A stretch of 64,000 nucleotides of DNA from a virus. Taxonomy: Duplodnaviria; Caudoviricetes. The notes under the pieces were generated by a model. It searched no databases and was not told the origin of the DNA. It was given only the letters and a program-made list of their open reading frames with translations. Positions 55,151 to 63,681 of this stretch are shown here, in pieces (within the stretch, counting starts at the first letter, position 1; each line of letters starts with the position of its first letter). The stretch is from IMG/VR virus record IMGVR_UViG_3300011116_001007. One strand, given 5' to 3'. The position numbers and the translations under genes were made by a program.

Positions 55151-55519
55151 TTAGGCTGCAGGAGAGCTCACTGCATCTAAAATCTGCTTGGCAGTCACGC
55201 CTTTGGCAGAGCTCTTGGCTTTGACGCCGGCGCTGGCCTGCACTTTGACTTCGCCTTTCTTGGCGATCTTGCTTTTCTCTGCCAGCTTGTTAGCCACAGC
55301 AAAGCCGGCCTCACCATCAGTGATGCCCAAGGTCTGCAGGTGTTGCAGAGCTTCCAGCTTGGTCATTGCACGGGGCAATTCAACCAAGTTGATATTGGTA
55401 CATCCTGCCTTGTTTAGGATCTTGACGCGAGCCACTAGGTCGTTAGCGAAACGAGCCTTGGCGGTGCCATCAGCGTTGGTTGCGGTACCTGCTACGGTAA
55501 AAGTTTTTTCATTTGACAT
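55151..55519 (-). CDS. Basic hypothetical protein
   Basis: FTVAGT...ARFANDLVARVKILNKAG; own promoter and terminator. Confidence 0.7.
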   Translation of the reverse strand: MSNEKTFTVAGTATNADGTAKARFANDLVARVKILNKAGCTNINLVELPRAMTKLEALQHLQTLGITDGEAGFAVANKLAEKSKIAKKGEVKVQASAGVKAKSSAKGVTAKQILDAVSSPAA

Positions 55520-55578
55520 AAGTTGCCTTTCTAGTTGCCTGTTGTTAAAAAATCATGCTGTGTTTGCAGCATATCTAA

Positions 55579-55607
55579 AGTATAACACAAGGTGGAATAG
55601 AGGTCAA
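55579..55607 (-). promoter_or_regulatory. sigma70-type promoter
   Basis: TTGACC-17-TATACT. Confidence 0.8.
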
Positions 55608-55630
55608 CCACTTTGTGCTATTTAGATCTT

Positions 55631-55759
55631 TTATTTGCTCAATTCCTGAGCATTTGATTTGATGGATTCCACTCCATGATCAGCCATTCGGGCCAGGCCC
55701 GTAAAACCAACCGAAGCCACCACCAATCCCAATACGAATCCCACGATGAATTTGGTCAT
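55631..55759 (-). CDS. Small membrane protein (42 aa, not in ORF track)
   Basis: MTKFIVGFVLGLVVASVGFTGLARMAD...; AAGGA SD. Confidence 0.65.
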   Translation of the reverse strand: MTKFIVGFVLGLVVASVGFTGLARMADHGVESIKSNAQELSK

Positions 55760-55768
55760 ATCAATTCC

Positions 55769-56122
55769 TTATGTTTTTACCAAGGTAGGCATCTTGCCAT
55801 CTTTCAGCGTTTTTGCCATTTGCTGATTACGCTCATCCTGTTCTTTGCGTTCACGCTTTTTGTCAAGGTTCCGATCAATGGTCATACGGTCGTATTCTCG
55901 TGCCCATAATACACCTTGCATAAACCTGTCGGCATGTTCTAATGAACCAACAAACAATTGTGCATCACGGCTGTAGATAGGCAATGCATCAGGATCCTTA
56001 GGCACTAATGCAACATTTTCTCCCCACCGATCGTCGTGCCTATATGCTGTGAATTTCATTCCTAGAAGATCAGCACGTTCTTCTAACTTGCGAATTGTTT
56101 GAATTGTATTCCAGCCACTCAT
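55769..56122 (-). CDS. Hypothetical protein
   Basis: 117-aa ORF in gene order. Confidence 0.65.
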   Translation of the reverse strand: MSGWNTIQTIRKLEERADLLGMKFTAYRHDDRWGENVALVPKDPDALPIYSRDAQLFVGSLEHADRFMQGVLWAREYDRMTIDRNLDKKRERKEQDERNQQMAKTLKDGKMPTLVKT

Positions 56123-56277
56123 TTGTCATGCACCATTTGATTAGTACCCACCCAGAAAAATACCAGGCCCACAATGCTCACAATTATGGAAGTAAAAAGT
56201 CCTGCATCAGTTGGGCTGGAGTCAATTCCGCCTGCACCAATCAACAACAAAACTAATCCCAGTGTTGCATTCATCAT
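56119..56277 (-). CDS. Small two-TM membrane protein
   Basis: Start re-assigned to MMNATLG. Confidence 0.55.
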   Translation of the reverse strand: MMNATLGLVLLLIGAGGIDSSPTDAGLFTSIIVSIVGLVFFWVGTNQMVHDK

Positions 56278-56278
56278 A

Positions 56279-56428
56279 TTATCCTTCAATTCCTTCAAGG
56301 CTGTGTTGTTCCAACCAACCATAAACCACTTCAATGGGGCACTCCAGCATGACCGAAATGCTTCGTGGACTGTAGCCCTCGATGTACAGTTGCTCAATGT
56401 CGTAGGTTAGATCTTTTATCTTGCTCAT
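56279..56428 (-). CDS. Small HTH-like protein (49 aa, not in ORF track)
   Basis: MSKIKDLTYDIEQLYIEGYSPRSISVMLECPIEVVYGWLE; ATGA overlap. Confidence 0.65.
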   Translation of the reverse strand: MSKIKDLTYDIEQLYIEGYSPRSISVMLECPIEVVYGWLEQHSLEGIEG

Positions 56429-56886
56429 GCTGTTTCCTTTTGTGCTGCCAATGCTTCTGACAGTTCAACCAATCGGCTACCCTTATCGGGACAACCACAA
56501 TACCAAACACCGTCTCGCATGATGTAGTAATACTCAGCGCCGCAGTTGTATACCTGTGCTAGGAACTGATCAAACGTGTGAGCCACTTGGAACTCTTGAT
56601 CCTTCTCGCCGCGATCGCGCATGTAAAACGTGCAGTAACCTTGATCCTGAGCGTGTTCGTACAGGGCCTTGTCTTCGGCACTGGTGTGCGGGCTGAACGG
56701 ATGTGCTTCACCAATTACTCGGCCCAACGAACTAAGATTGCCCATGGCCACAAGATGGTTGGCCTTGGCACTGTCATAATGCTCTTGCAAGATAGCGCCG
56801 TTGTGTGCTAGATATCCGTCCCAATGACAGTAAACTGATTTGCACTTTTCACCATGCATAACGCCAATTCGACTACGTGTACCCAT
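56425..56886 (-). CDS. Hypothetical early phage protein
   Basis: MGTRSRIG...SVYCHWDGY...GAEYYY. Confidence 0.75.
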   Translation of the reverse strand: MGTRSRIGVMHGEKCKSVYCHWDGYLAHNGAILQEHYDSAKANHLVAMGNLSSLGRVIGEAHPFSPHTSAEDKALYEHAQDQGYCTFYMRDRGEKDQEFQVAHTFDQFLAQVYNCGAEYYYIMRDGVWYCGCPDKGSRLVELSEALAAQKETA

Positions 56887-56916
56887 TTTTTACTCCAGTT
56901 AGTTGGTGATGTTTGT

Positions 56917-56945
56917 ATTATAGCAGTTCGGACAATACCGGTCAA
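56917..56945 (-). promoter_or_regulatory. sigma70-type early promoter
   Basis: TTGACC-17-TATAAT. Confidence 0.85.
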
Positions 56946-57181
56946 CCTAAAACTACCACACGGCGAGTACCTTCAAAGTCGCCTTCATCTTCGTACATGT
57001 CATTCTCGTCCAAGAGCTTGTCTACACGATGATATTCACTGTACTTGACCACACCTTCGAACACTTCGGATGCCGCAGGAGCGACCCGGGTGCGCCAGTG
57101 ATCACCATAGTTGTAACTGAAATGCACTTCGGCATTAGGGTCCAGATCCATCAATTGTTCGATCAGTTGGAAAACTTGCAT
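56942..57181 (-). CDS. Hypothetical early protein
   Basis: 79-aa ORF, GGAG SD. Confidence 0.65.
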   Translation of the reverse strand: MQVFQLIEQLMDLDPNAEVHFSYNYGDHWRTRVAPAASEVFEGVVKYSEYHRVDKLLDENDMYEDEGDFEGTRRVVVLG

Positions 57182-57183
57182 GA

Positions 57184-57462
57184 TTATTCTCCGTCCTTCA
57201 TAACATATTCAAACAGGATCCACTTGGCACGATTCAGACATTGACGGGCATCTTCGGCTCGCATGCTATCAACTTCGCCGTATTCGGTACTGATCATTTC
57301 CTGGGCATCGCTCATGAGGCTTGCAGCCATCATAGCAGGGCCACTGAAACGGAAAGTGATGCTAGATTCCACTGCTTCACGCATGCCTGCTTCGGTCACG
57401 CCGTACATGCGGACTTGACGCTTTTCTTGCTCGGTTAGTGCTTGGTAAGTTGCTGTGGACAT
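57184..57462 (-). CDS. Hypothetical early protein
   Basis: MSTATYQ after AAGGAG; alternative in-frame start at 57486. Confidence 0.65.
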   Translation of the reverse strand: MSTATYQALTEQEKRQVRMYGVTEAGMREAVESSITFRFSGPAMMAASLMSDAQEMISTEYGEVDSMRAEDARQCLNRAKWILFEYVMKDGE

Positions 57463-57492
57463 TTGGGACTCCTTTTTGCTGAACATGTGTAT

Positions 57493-57521
57493 ATTATAGC
57501 CGATCTAGCGATTCTGGTCAA
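57493..57521 (-). promoter_or_regulatory. sigma70-type early promoter
   Basis: TTGACC-17-TATAAT. Confidence 0.85.
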
Positions 57522-57551
57522 CCGTTTTTGTCCCAAAAACCCAGGATTTTG

Positions 57552-57592
57552 TGTGGGTTTTTCGCAACAATTTCTGTTGTTTTTATGCAACA
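57552..57592. promoter_or_regulatory. Two 18-bp quasi-palindromic operator-like sites
   Basis: tgtgggtttttcgcaaca (57552-57569) and tgttgtttttatgcaaca (57575-57592). Confidence 0.55.
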
Positions 57593-57612
57593 AAATCCGG
57601 GCTGATTTTTCA

Positions 57613-57774
57613 CTATTTTTTGGGCATCTGCACACACACCACCTTGATGCTGCTCAAGTTCTGTGTTCTGAGTTCTTGAGCTGCTTTGTTACAGGCCGCT
57701 TCTTGTTCAAACTGCCCCACATAGCTCACATTGCTGGCGTACATGCCGCCGATGATTGCAATGGCCCAAATCAT
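57613..57774 (-). CDS. Small exported protein (53 aa, not in ORF track)
   Basis: MIWAIAIIGGMYAS...EAACNKAAQEL...VVCVQMPKK; ATGA overlap. Confidence 0.65.
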   Translation of the reverse strand: MIWAIAIIGGMYASNVSYVGQFEQEAACNKAAQELRTQNLSSIKVVCVQMPKK

Positions 57775-57992
57775 ATTTTCTTAAACCTTTCCATAAAGGC
57801 AGTGTTGATGATGTCCATCTCCGCCTGACTCACGTAGAAGTCAGTGGCGGGATCGTAGTAGGCGCCTTCTTTGACATCGTAGTACAGCACACGACCTGAG
57901 AAGTTGAACGGCCCTTCTAGGCCTTTGCGTGGGCCATATTTGACACGCATTTGGTCTGTTTCCGAACGATCAGCCACTACAGTATAACCCAT
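57771..57992 (-). CDS. Hypothetical early protein
   Basis: KYGPRKGLEGPFNFSGRVLYYDVKEGAYYDP. Confidence 0.7.
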   Translation of the reverse strand: MGYTVVADRSETDQMRVKYGPRKGLEGPFNFSGRVLYYDVKEGAYYDPATDFYVSQAEMDIINTAFMERFKKI

Positions 57993-58018
57993 CTGGTGCT
58001 CCTTGTTGCGATAAATGT

Positions 58019-58047
58019 ATTATAGCAGAACGGTGATTTCTGGTCAA
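58019..58047 (-). promoter_or_regulatory. sigma70-type early promoter
   Basis: TTGACC-17-TATAAT. Confidence 0.85.
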
Positions 58048-58060
58048 CCGTCGACAACGA

Positions 58061-58264
58061 TCAATACCCTGATGCCAAATTAATGGCCTGCCAAATAGCA
58101 CCGGGTCGCCCGTGCCAATGTTCAGTTGCAACCAGTTTTTTTCGATTTGCTTCAAACCGAAATATTTGCCACTTGTTACGTTTGGTGGTGTGTTTGTGTA
58201 CTTTGTACACACCGTTGGGTCCGGTGACGGTGCTGGTAGCACCGCGTTGTGTCACTGTAGTCAT
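58061..58264 (-). CDS. Hypothetical early protein
   Basis: 67-aa ORF with GGAG SD. Confidence 0.6.
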   Translation of the reverse strand: MTTVTQRGATSTVTGPNGVYKVHKHTTKRNKWQIFRFEANRKKLVATEHWHGRPGAIWQAINLASGY

Positions 58265-58265
58265 A

Positions 58266-58544
58266 TCACATGCTCCAATAAGTTTCGCTGGAAGGCGAGC
58301 AGAAGTAAGGTGTGTTCACGTCCTCTTGGAACTCCACACCGCTCATCAGGTTCTTGCGAGTCACCATGTGGGGTTTGTAGAACCGTGTATCAATGATATT
58401 CAGTTCACCAGCACTCCAACCCGATTTGCGGCAAAGACGAGTGCGAGTGGCGCGGGCAGCACCAAAAGTCTTGTAACTACGAGTGCGGTTAGGACCATCA
58501 GACACAATAAGACCAGTGCCTTTGGCGATAATGTAGTAGCTCAT
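58266..58544 (-). CDS. Hypothetical early protein
   Basis: MSYYIIA after AAGGA; ends TPYFCSPSSETYWSM. Confidence 0.7.
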   Translation of the reverse strand: MSYYIIAKGTGLIVSDGPNRTRSYKTFGAARATRTRLCRKSGWSAGELNIIDTRFYKPHMVTRKNLMSGVEFQEDVNTPYFCSPSSETYWSM

Positions 58545-58574
58545 TTTGGCTTCCTTTTTGCTGAACATGTGTGT

Positions 58575-58603
58575 ATTATAGCAGTTTGGGCAATAGCGGT
58601 CAA
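58575..58603 (-). promoter_or_regulatory. sigma70-type early promoter
   Basis: TTGACC-17-TATAAT. Confidence 0.85.
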
Positions 58604-58612
58604 CCAGAAAAT

Positions 58613-58687
58613 TGTGGGTTTTTTGCGACATTTTTCAGCAAAAAAACCCTACTTTTGGTAGGGTTTTTGTGTGGTTTTTCTGCAACA
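58613..58687. promoter_or_regulatory. Two 18-bp operator-like sites flanking a terminator hairpin
   Basis: tgtgggttttttgcgaca (58613-58630) and tgtggtttttctgcaaca (58670-58687). Confidence 0.55.
58642..58668. terminator. Bidirectional intrinsic terminator
   Basis: aaaaaccctac-ttttg-gtagggttttt. Confidence 0.8.
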
Positions 58688-58688
58688 A

Positions 58689-58907
58689 TTAAGCTAGAAT
58701 ATCACCAAATTCCTGATTGGTATAATAATCTATCAATTTGCGCTGGATCATAGTTAATAAATCCCCGGCATTATCATCCACTATGAATCTCACCGGGCAA
58801 TGTCCCCAACTTCGGCGTGCTTGAAACTCAGCAAACCACTGTCGATGTGATTCCAAAGTTGGATCAAATACCACCCAAGGGCGACCAATAAACGACAGTT
58901 TGCTCAT
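58689..58907 (-). CDS. Hypothetical protein
   Basis: Start MSKLSFIGRP via ATGA overlap. Confidence 0.65.
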   Translation of the reverse strand: MSKLSFIGRPWVVFDPTLESHRQWFAEFQARRSWGHCPVRFIVDDNAGDLLTMIQRKLIDYYTNQEFGDILA

Positions 58908-59269
58908 TTGATTTCCTCTGCAGCAGTTATACCAATGAAAGTATTTTCCACTTCCCAGTTGACCCAATTGCAGATTGAATCAAAATCCACAGTTTCGTCA
59001 ATCCATTCGTATCTGAATCCATTGGTGCCGGTTACAATTTGATTGGCAAAGTCGCCTTTGACACGAGATTCAAGTTCACGAATTAGCCGTTCAGGGCCGG
59101 TCCACAGCCTTGCAAATTTGACCACATGTCCAACATGGCCTTCATAACCTTGTGTTCGGCCCACCGGATTGCTGGTAATACCAAAACAGGTACGAGCGAT
59201 TATGTTGTCTGCATCATCCACAAAGCGATGACACCACAGATAGAAATAATATGTTTTAGATTCAGTCAT
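58904..59269 (-). CDS. GIY-YIG/T5orf172-like protein
   Basis: YYFYLW...TCFGITSNPVGRTQGY...E...EW pattern. Confidence 0.5.
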   Translation of the reverse strand: MTESKTYYFYLWCHRFVDDADNIIARTCFGITSNPVGRTQGYEGHVGHVVKFARLWTGPERLIRELESRVKGDFANQIVTGTNGFRYEWIDETVDFDSICNWVNWEVENTFIGITAAEEIK

Positions 59270-59270
59270 T

Positions 59271-60458
59271 TTAGAACCCCGCATATTTCTTCATGTCTGG
59301 CACTTGAGGCAAAGCCAATTTGCCACCAAACTTGTTGGGATTGTAGTAATCCATCACCAGCATGGGAGTCAAGCAATTGTCTGTCCAGCCGCCAGGCGCG
59401 TCGTTGGCATCTTGCCAGGCCTCCAGCCGTTGCTTGCAATCTTTGTGAAAGGCCTTGGGCGAACCGTAGAGACTTTGAAACTGTTTGTACAGATCCTGAC
59501 TGATTGCACTCTTGGCATTGCCCAGCGATACTGGATTTTTAGCAGTTCGAGCCGCATGGGCCAATCGTCCAAATGCCAGAATAAAACCACCATCTACACC
59601 TTTTTCGTTGGGGTAGTATTCATCGTGCCAGGCCAGTGCCCATGCCAAATCTGCTTTGGTCACATTGAACAATTTCATATCAGTACCGTGTCCGGCAATC
59701 TGATTGAGACCGTGAATGTAAGTGACCATACCCGGGCTGGCCAATTGCCCTCGTGCGTCACTGGCTTTGGCTGGAAACATTTGGTTATCTTCCAGGATGC
59801 ACTGAATTGCTTCACTTTGAACGTCTTCGTCAAAGTTTGAATTGTACAAGCGGACACCGTTTACACGACTGCGATGCAAGTGATATGCATCAATACCTTT
59901 GCGTCCACCACCGTTGATTTGGCGGAATCCATAACTGGCCACTGCTTCACCTTGTAGTTGGGTGCCCGGAACAACCATGTCTTCGTCAAAGGCTTTGACT
60001 TGCACCAAGAAGTCGTCTTCGATAAGACCCGCTTTGTACAAGTGGTACAGCACACAAGAAGTTTGTTGCCCCTCCCACACTGAGTATCGACCAGTTTTTA
60101 GTTTTGTACACATCACAGGCATGTAAATGCGAGGATCAAATTTGTCAATGATCTTGGCCTGGTGCTCAGCATCTTCATCGCGTTGAATTTCTATGTTGAT
60201 ATCCAACAAAGAGATGGGAACCAAGATTAAAAATCCAAAATGCTCTTGCTTGTATTTTTGACCCCCGAGCCGTTGTGCAAGATTGGTTAGGCTTTGTTGT
60301 ACATGTGAATTGACATGTGCTCGATTGCCACGTACCGAAACTGGCTCGTAGATGGTGGTGGCACCTTGTGGTGTTAGACTGACATTTTGTTGTCGAATCA
60401 TGGGTGCATAGGGATTGGCACCGCGAGTGATCGTGCGAGTTGATACAATAGTTGACAT
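59271..60458 (-). CDS. ParB/Srx-like (DGQHR-related) N-terminal domain protein
   Basis: IQRDED..HQAKII..FD...GRYSVWEGQQT pattern. Confidence 0.5.
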   Translation of the reverse strand: MSTIVSTRTITRGANPYAPMIRQQNVSLTPQGATTIYEPVSVRGNRAHVNSHVQQSLTNLAQRLGGQKYKQEHFGFLILVPISLLDINIEIQRDEDAEHQAKIIDKFDPRIYMPVMCTKLKTGRYSVWEGQQTSCVLYHLYKAGLIEDDFLVQVKAFDEDMVVPGTQLQGEAVASYGFRQINGGGRKGIDAYHLHRSRVNGVRLYNSNFDEDVQSEAIQCILEDNQMFPAKASDARGQLASPGMVTYIHGLNQIAGHGTDMKLFNVTKADLAWALAWHDEYYPNEKGVDGGFILAFGRLAHAARTAKNPVSLGNAKSAISQDLYKQFQSLYGSPKAFHKDCKQRLEAWQDANDAPGGWTDNCLTPMLVMDYYNPNKFGGKLALPQVPDMKKYAGF

Positions 60459-60512
60459 GAATTTTCCTTTAAAAGTTGATAGAATGTCTCATAACTTAAA
60501 CAAGACAAACGT

Positions 60513-60541
60513 AGTATAGCACAACTAGTGCAGGAGGTCAA
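60513..60541 (-). promoter_or_regulatory. sigma70-type promoter
   Basis: TTGACC-17-TATACT. Confidence 0.8.
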
Positions 60542-60557
60542 CTGATTTTGGACAAAG

Positions 60558-60791
60558 TCACAATGAAAATTTCTGCAACACTCGTCCGCTTTCTTCAAAG
60601 CCAGTTTCGTGCAGTGAAATTTCCATCAGTTCGTGCAACAACACCTGTTTCAGGGCATGCACTTCGTAGCGTTCTTTTGCAGTGAGTTCTTCAAACCAAG
60701 ATTCAAATTCTTCCTGGCTTTGTAACTGCCACATGGTGTCCAACAATCGGCATTGACGCACGGTAAGGTCGGTGATGCTTATGTTATTCAT
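60558..60791 (-). CDS. Hypothetical protein
   Basis: MNNISIT...LLDTMW. Confidence 0.6.
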   Translation of the reverse strand: MNNISITDLTVRQCRLLDTMWQLQSQEEFESWFEELTAKERYEVHALKQVLLHELMEISLHETGFEESGRVLQKFSL

Positions 60792-60793
60792 GG

Positions 60794-60991
60794 TCAACTC
60801 CATTTCAATTGATAAAACGTTGCTAGTGCAGGATCTCGAAAATGAAATATCACAGTTCGATGACGGTTAATGTCATCGGGCGGCACGTATGTCCATGTGA
60901 AATCATATCCCTGAATCAGTCCCGACTGCTCCAGTTGAGTCTTGAGCTCTAGACCCTGCTGTGGACTCATGTTGAAAGTGATTGAATGCAT
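60794..60991 (-). CDS. Orphan LRW-family member
   Basis: ...FHFRDPALATFYQLKWS stop. Confidence 0.7.
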   Translation of the reverse strand: MHSITFNMSPQQGLELKTQLEQSGLIQGYDFTWTYVPPDDINRHRTVIFHFRDPALATFYQLKWS

Positions 60992-61227
60992 CAGGGTCGG
61001 GTGATGTATTCTTTGCGTATCAATCGATCACAGAACACCCAGTCTCGAGAGTAGTACAGTCTCAAATCTGTAATGTTGTATTGATTACAGAAACTCTGCC
61101 CGTAACGTATGTTTTGCAATGCGTCCCAGGTGTATTGTTTTTGCCAATTTTCATAGTCCTTTAGTTGTATCGTTACAATTTCTGACTGCGGTTCTTTCAT
61201 CAAGTCTTCAACCATACGTGCAAACAT
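60991..61227 (-). CDS. Hypothetical protein
   Basis: IRYGQSFCN motif; GGAAGG SD. Confidence 0.65.
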   Translation of the reverse strand: MFARMVEDLMKEPQSEIVTIQLKDYENWQKQYTWDALQNIRYGQSFCNQYNITDLRLYYSRDWVFCDRLIRKEYITRP

Positions 61228-61250
61228 CGGTACCTTCCAGAGTTAAAAAA

Positions 61251-62129
61251 TCAAATCTCAATTGTTTTCAGCTGCCAGTTTTGGGCACGAGCTTCGTGGC
61301 CAACATAACCACGTGGGTTACATACCACTCGACAGGTACCAATTGTGTAGTCAAAAACGTCATGCATGTGGCCATGTGTCCACAATACAATTTCAGGATG
61401 GTCCAACATAAATTCAGACAGGTCTGAACCAAATGCACCATTCATCACAAATTGTCCTTGATACTGAGGTGCAATGCTGAGAGGGCTAGGAGCATGATGC
61501 CCTACCACAACAAATCGGCTGCCAGGATTTTTTGCAATCTCGTCACGTACAAATGCCAACATGGTGTTGTGGTCTTCAACTGAATCTTCAGGAGTGAATT
61601 TGCTGGCTCGGGTTTTAAACGTCACTGTGTCTTTGCTGGCATCATAAGGCCAGTCTCCACTGGGCACACGACTTTTGTACGATACCATTCGGTGACTATT
61701 TTCGATGGTGCGGTAATCATTCATGTAGTTACGAATGACCAGCAGGGTCTGCGGGTCATTGCGATTCATGTCAGTCCACAATGTGCCACACAAAAAAGTC
61801 ACGCCATTGATGGTCATGCTTTGCTTTTCCAACACATGCAGATTGGTCAGGTATGATAACTTTTCTTTCAAGCGAGGCACAGTCAATGCGTAGTCGCCCC
61901 GATAGTGCTCGTGATTGCCTGCAATGTATATCACCTGGTCGAATTGTTCTGCACAATGTTCGAAGAAGCTGTGATATCTTTGGCTCTGAGCATGTGGGAT
62001 GCCACGATCCATCAATTCGCAAGCCACACAGATATCGCCGCCCAGGATCAGTACATCAGCATGATCGGTGTTGTTGATTTCAAGTGGTCCAAACTCCAAG
62101 TGGACGTCAGATGCTAATGCGATTTTCAT
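61251..62129 (-). CDS. Calcineurin-like metallophosphoesterase
   Basis: ASDVHLE, LGGDI, AGNHEHY, GHHAPS, WTHGHMH, CNPRGY. Confidence 0.9.
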   Translation of the reverse strand: MKIALASDVHLEFGPLEINNTDHADVLILGGDICVACELMDRGIPHAQSQRYHSFFEHCAEQFDQVIYIAGNHEHYRGDYALTVPRLKEKLSYLTNLHVLEKQSMTINGVTFLCGTLWTDMNRNDPQTLLVIRNYMNDYRTIENSHRMVSYKSRVPSGDWPYDASKDTVTFKTRASKFTPEDSVEDHNTMLAFVRDEIAKNPGSRFVVVGHHAPSPLSIAPQYQGQFVMNGAFGSDLSEFMLDHPEIVLWTHGHMHDVFDYTIGTCRVVCNPRGYVGHEARAQNWQLKTIEI

Positions 62130-62487
62130 TTATTTCTTGGTCAAATTGTTTCTTCAACACAGCCAGTGCAGCAGGATCACCGCGGGCTATAGCTGCGTTT
62201 TTATCGGGATAGCGTTGATTAAAGTTCTTTATAATTTCAACTAGATTTTGCCCGGTACACACAAAGTCTTTTGTAAAGTGATTGTAACATAGAAATTGAT
62301 TGTCAACTGATTCAACCTCTAAAATAATCAGTGTTTCGTTTTCCAACTTCTCCAAAGTTTTCAATGCTTCCGGCGGCAGGCCTTCTAGTTCTTGTAACGC
62401 ACGCCAGGTCTGCCAGGCCTGATAAAAATGTATCAGTGCGGCACCAACCAAAATGCCAAGCACAACAGGAATTAAAAATTCAGTCAT
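62107..62487 (-). CDS. Membrane-anchored hypothetical protein
   Basis: N-terminal TM helix. Confidence 0.65.
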   Translation of the reverse strand: MTEFLIPVVLGILVGAALIHFYQAWQTWRALQELEGLPPEALKTLEKLENETLIILEVESVDNQFLCYNHFTKDFVCTGQNLVEIIKNFNQRYPDKNAAIARGDPAALAVLKKQFDQEINENRISI

Positions 62488-62494
62488 ATTGTAA

Positions 62495-62815
62495 TTATAC
62501 CTGCCGCATGGATTCCAAAGTGATCATCTTGCCCAGTTCGCGTTCAAAGTCCAGGTCGTCTGGAATCACATAGTGCCGGTATTGGGTATCATCTTTGCGA
62601 CGGTCGTAGTGTCGGAATGTGATGATCTTGCCACCAATAGCTGGCATCACAGTGATGTTCAGTCCCGAGTGGCCGTCGATGGTGTCACTGTTGACACGAA
62701 CCGTGCCGCGAGTTGATTGGATCAGTGCATTTGATTCTTTCAGATTGAGTTGTATACTGGCGTTGTCCCAATCTTCGCGCACCCACCGGGCGATCATACG
62801 TTTAAACCATTTCAT
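62495..62815 (-). CDS. Hypothetical protein
   Basis: Start MKWFKRM via ATGA overlap. Confidence 0.65.
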   Translation of the reverse strand: MKWFKRMIARWVREDWDNASIQLNLKESNALIQSTRGTVRVNSDTIDGHSGLNITVMPAIGGKIITFRHYDRRKDDTQYRHYVIPDDLDFERELGKMITLESMRQV

Positions 62816-63264
62816 ACTGCTTTCCTTTGTTTCAAATATTGTTCCCATTGGATCCACTGGTTCTTGACCAGGAATCCCCAATCACGCTGTTTGCGTCCGG
62901 GCATGAACAAGGTCCAACAGGTGATGTTGGGATCCAGTTCGATCCTGTGATAGGTATTGGCCTGAGCAGTGCGAAAACTGCCTGCGCCGCACCAACGTGC
63001 GACTTCTCCAATTTTGCGTCCTTCAGCATCGAATGTGGGGCGCCATTCCCAATAACCACCTTTCAATATCAGTGTGGCAAAGGGCCATGGATGATCATGC
63101 ACATCGTCTGGATCACTCTTGAGGAACTTGTGTACAAACACATTGAACGGAAAACGTTCGCGGTCTTTGAGAAACACATAGTAACGTTCCAAATAAGGTT
63201 CATTGTCCAGCCTGTCATGAATAACGCGATAACGTCCTAGTCGGGTAAAAAGTTGCTTGATCAT
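62812..63264 (-). CDS. Cupin-fold protein
   Basis: PYLERYY...HKFLKSDPDDVHDHPWPF...GGYWE...YHRIEL...WTLF. Confidence 0.7.
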   Translation of the reverse strand: MIKQLFTRLGRYRVIHDRLDNEPYLERYYVFLKDRERFPFNVFVHKFLKSDPDDVHDHPWPFATLILKGGYWEWRPTFDAEGRKIGEVARWCGAGSFRTAQANTYHRIELDPNITCWTLFMPGRKQRDWGFLVKNQWIQWEQYLKQRKAV

Positions 63265-63286
63265 GCATTGAGTCCTTTACACAGCT

Positions 63287-63315
63287 ATTATAGCAGATTG
63301 TGATTTACTGGTCAA
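63287..63315 (-). promoter_or_regulatory. sigma70-type early promoter
   Basis: TTGACC-17-TATAAT. Confidence 0.85.
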
Positions 63316-63316
63316 C

Positions 63317-63344
63317 AAAAAACCCTGCACCAGGCAGGGTTTTT
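63317..63344. terminator. Bidirectional intrinsic terminator
   Basis: aaaaaaccctgc-acca-ggcagggttttt. Confidence 0.8.
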
Positions 63345-63366
63345 GCATGTTGGTTATCCGAACGGA

Positions 63367-63633
63367 TTAGACCAAACCAAGGGCCATGGCCTTGTAGCCA
63401 GCTGCCACAATCTTGCGGCTAGGTTTGCCAATCACATACTCGGTGACTTTGGTGTTGTTGCCAGCCACACGGCTGTTGGCATACACAGCATAACCAGCAG
63501 CACGGATGCGGCTGGCTTCGGCGGAAAGATTCTTCACACCAAAACGCTTTTCAGCAGCAGCAGGGGTCAACTTCTCGCCGTTGTACAAAGCACTGAATAC
63601 CTTGAATGTTTTTGTTTCTGGATTAAAACGCAT
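63367..63633 (-). CDS. Small winged-helix-like DNA-binding protein
   Basis: LTPAAAEKRFGVKNLSAEASRIRAAGYAVY...wing. Confidence 0.6.
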   Translation of the reverse strand: MRFNPETKTFKVFSALYNGEKLTPAAAEKRFGVKNLSAEASRIRAAGYAVYANSRVAGNNTKVTEYVIGKPSRKIVAAGYKAMALGLV

Positions 63634-63681
63634 ATAATTTACCTTTCATTAGTGAATAGCTGTTGCGTACAGCATTTGACT

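Noticed and set aside
60563-60580. Fifth copy of the 18-bp operator-like motif
   Set aside because: Only the GCAACA half-site matches and it lies inside a coding sequence.
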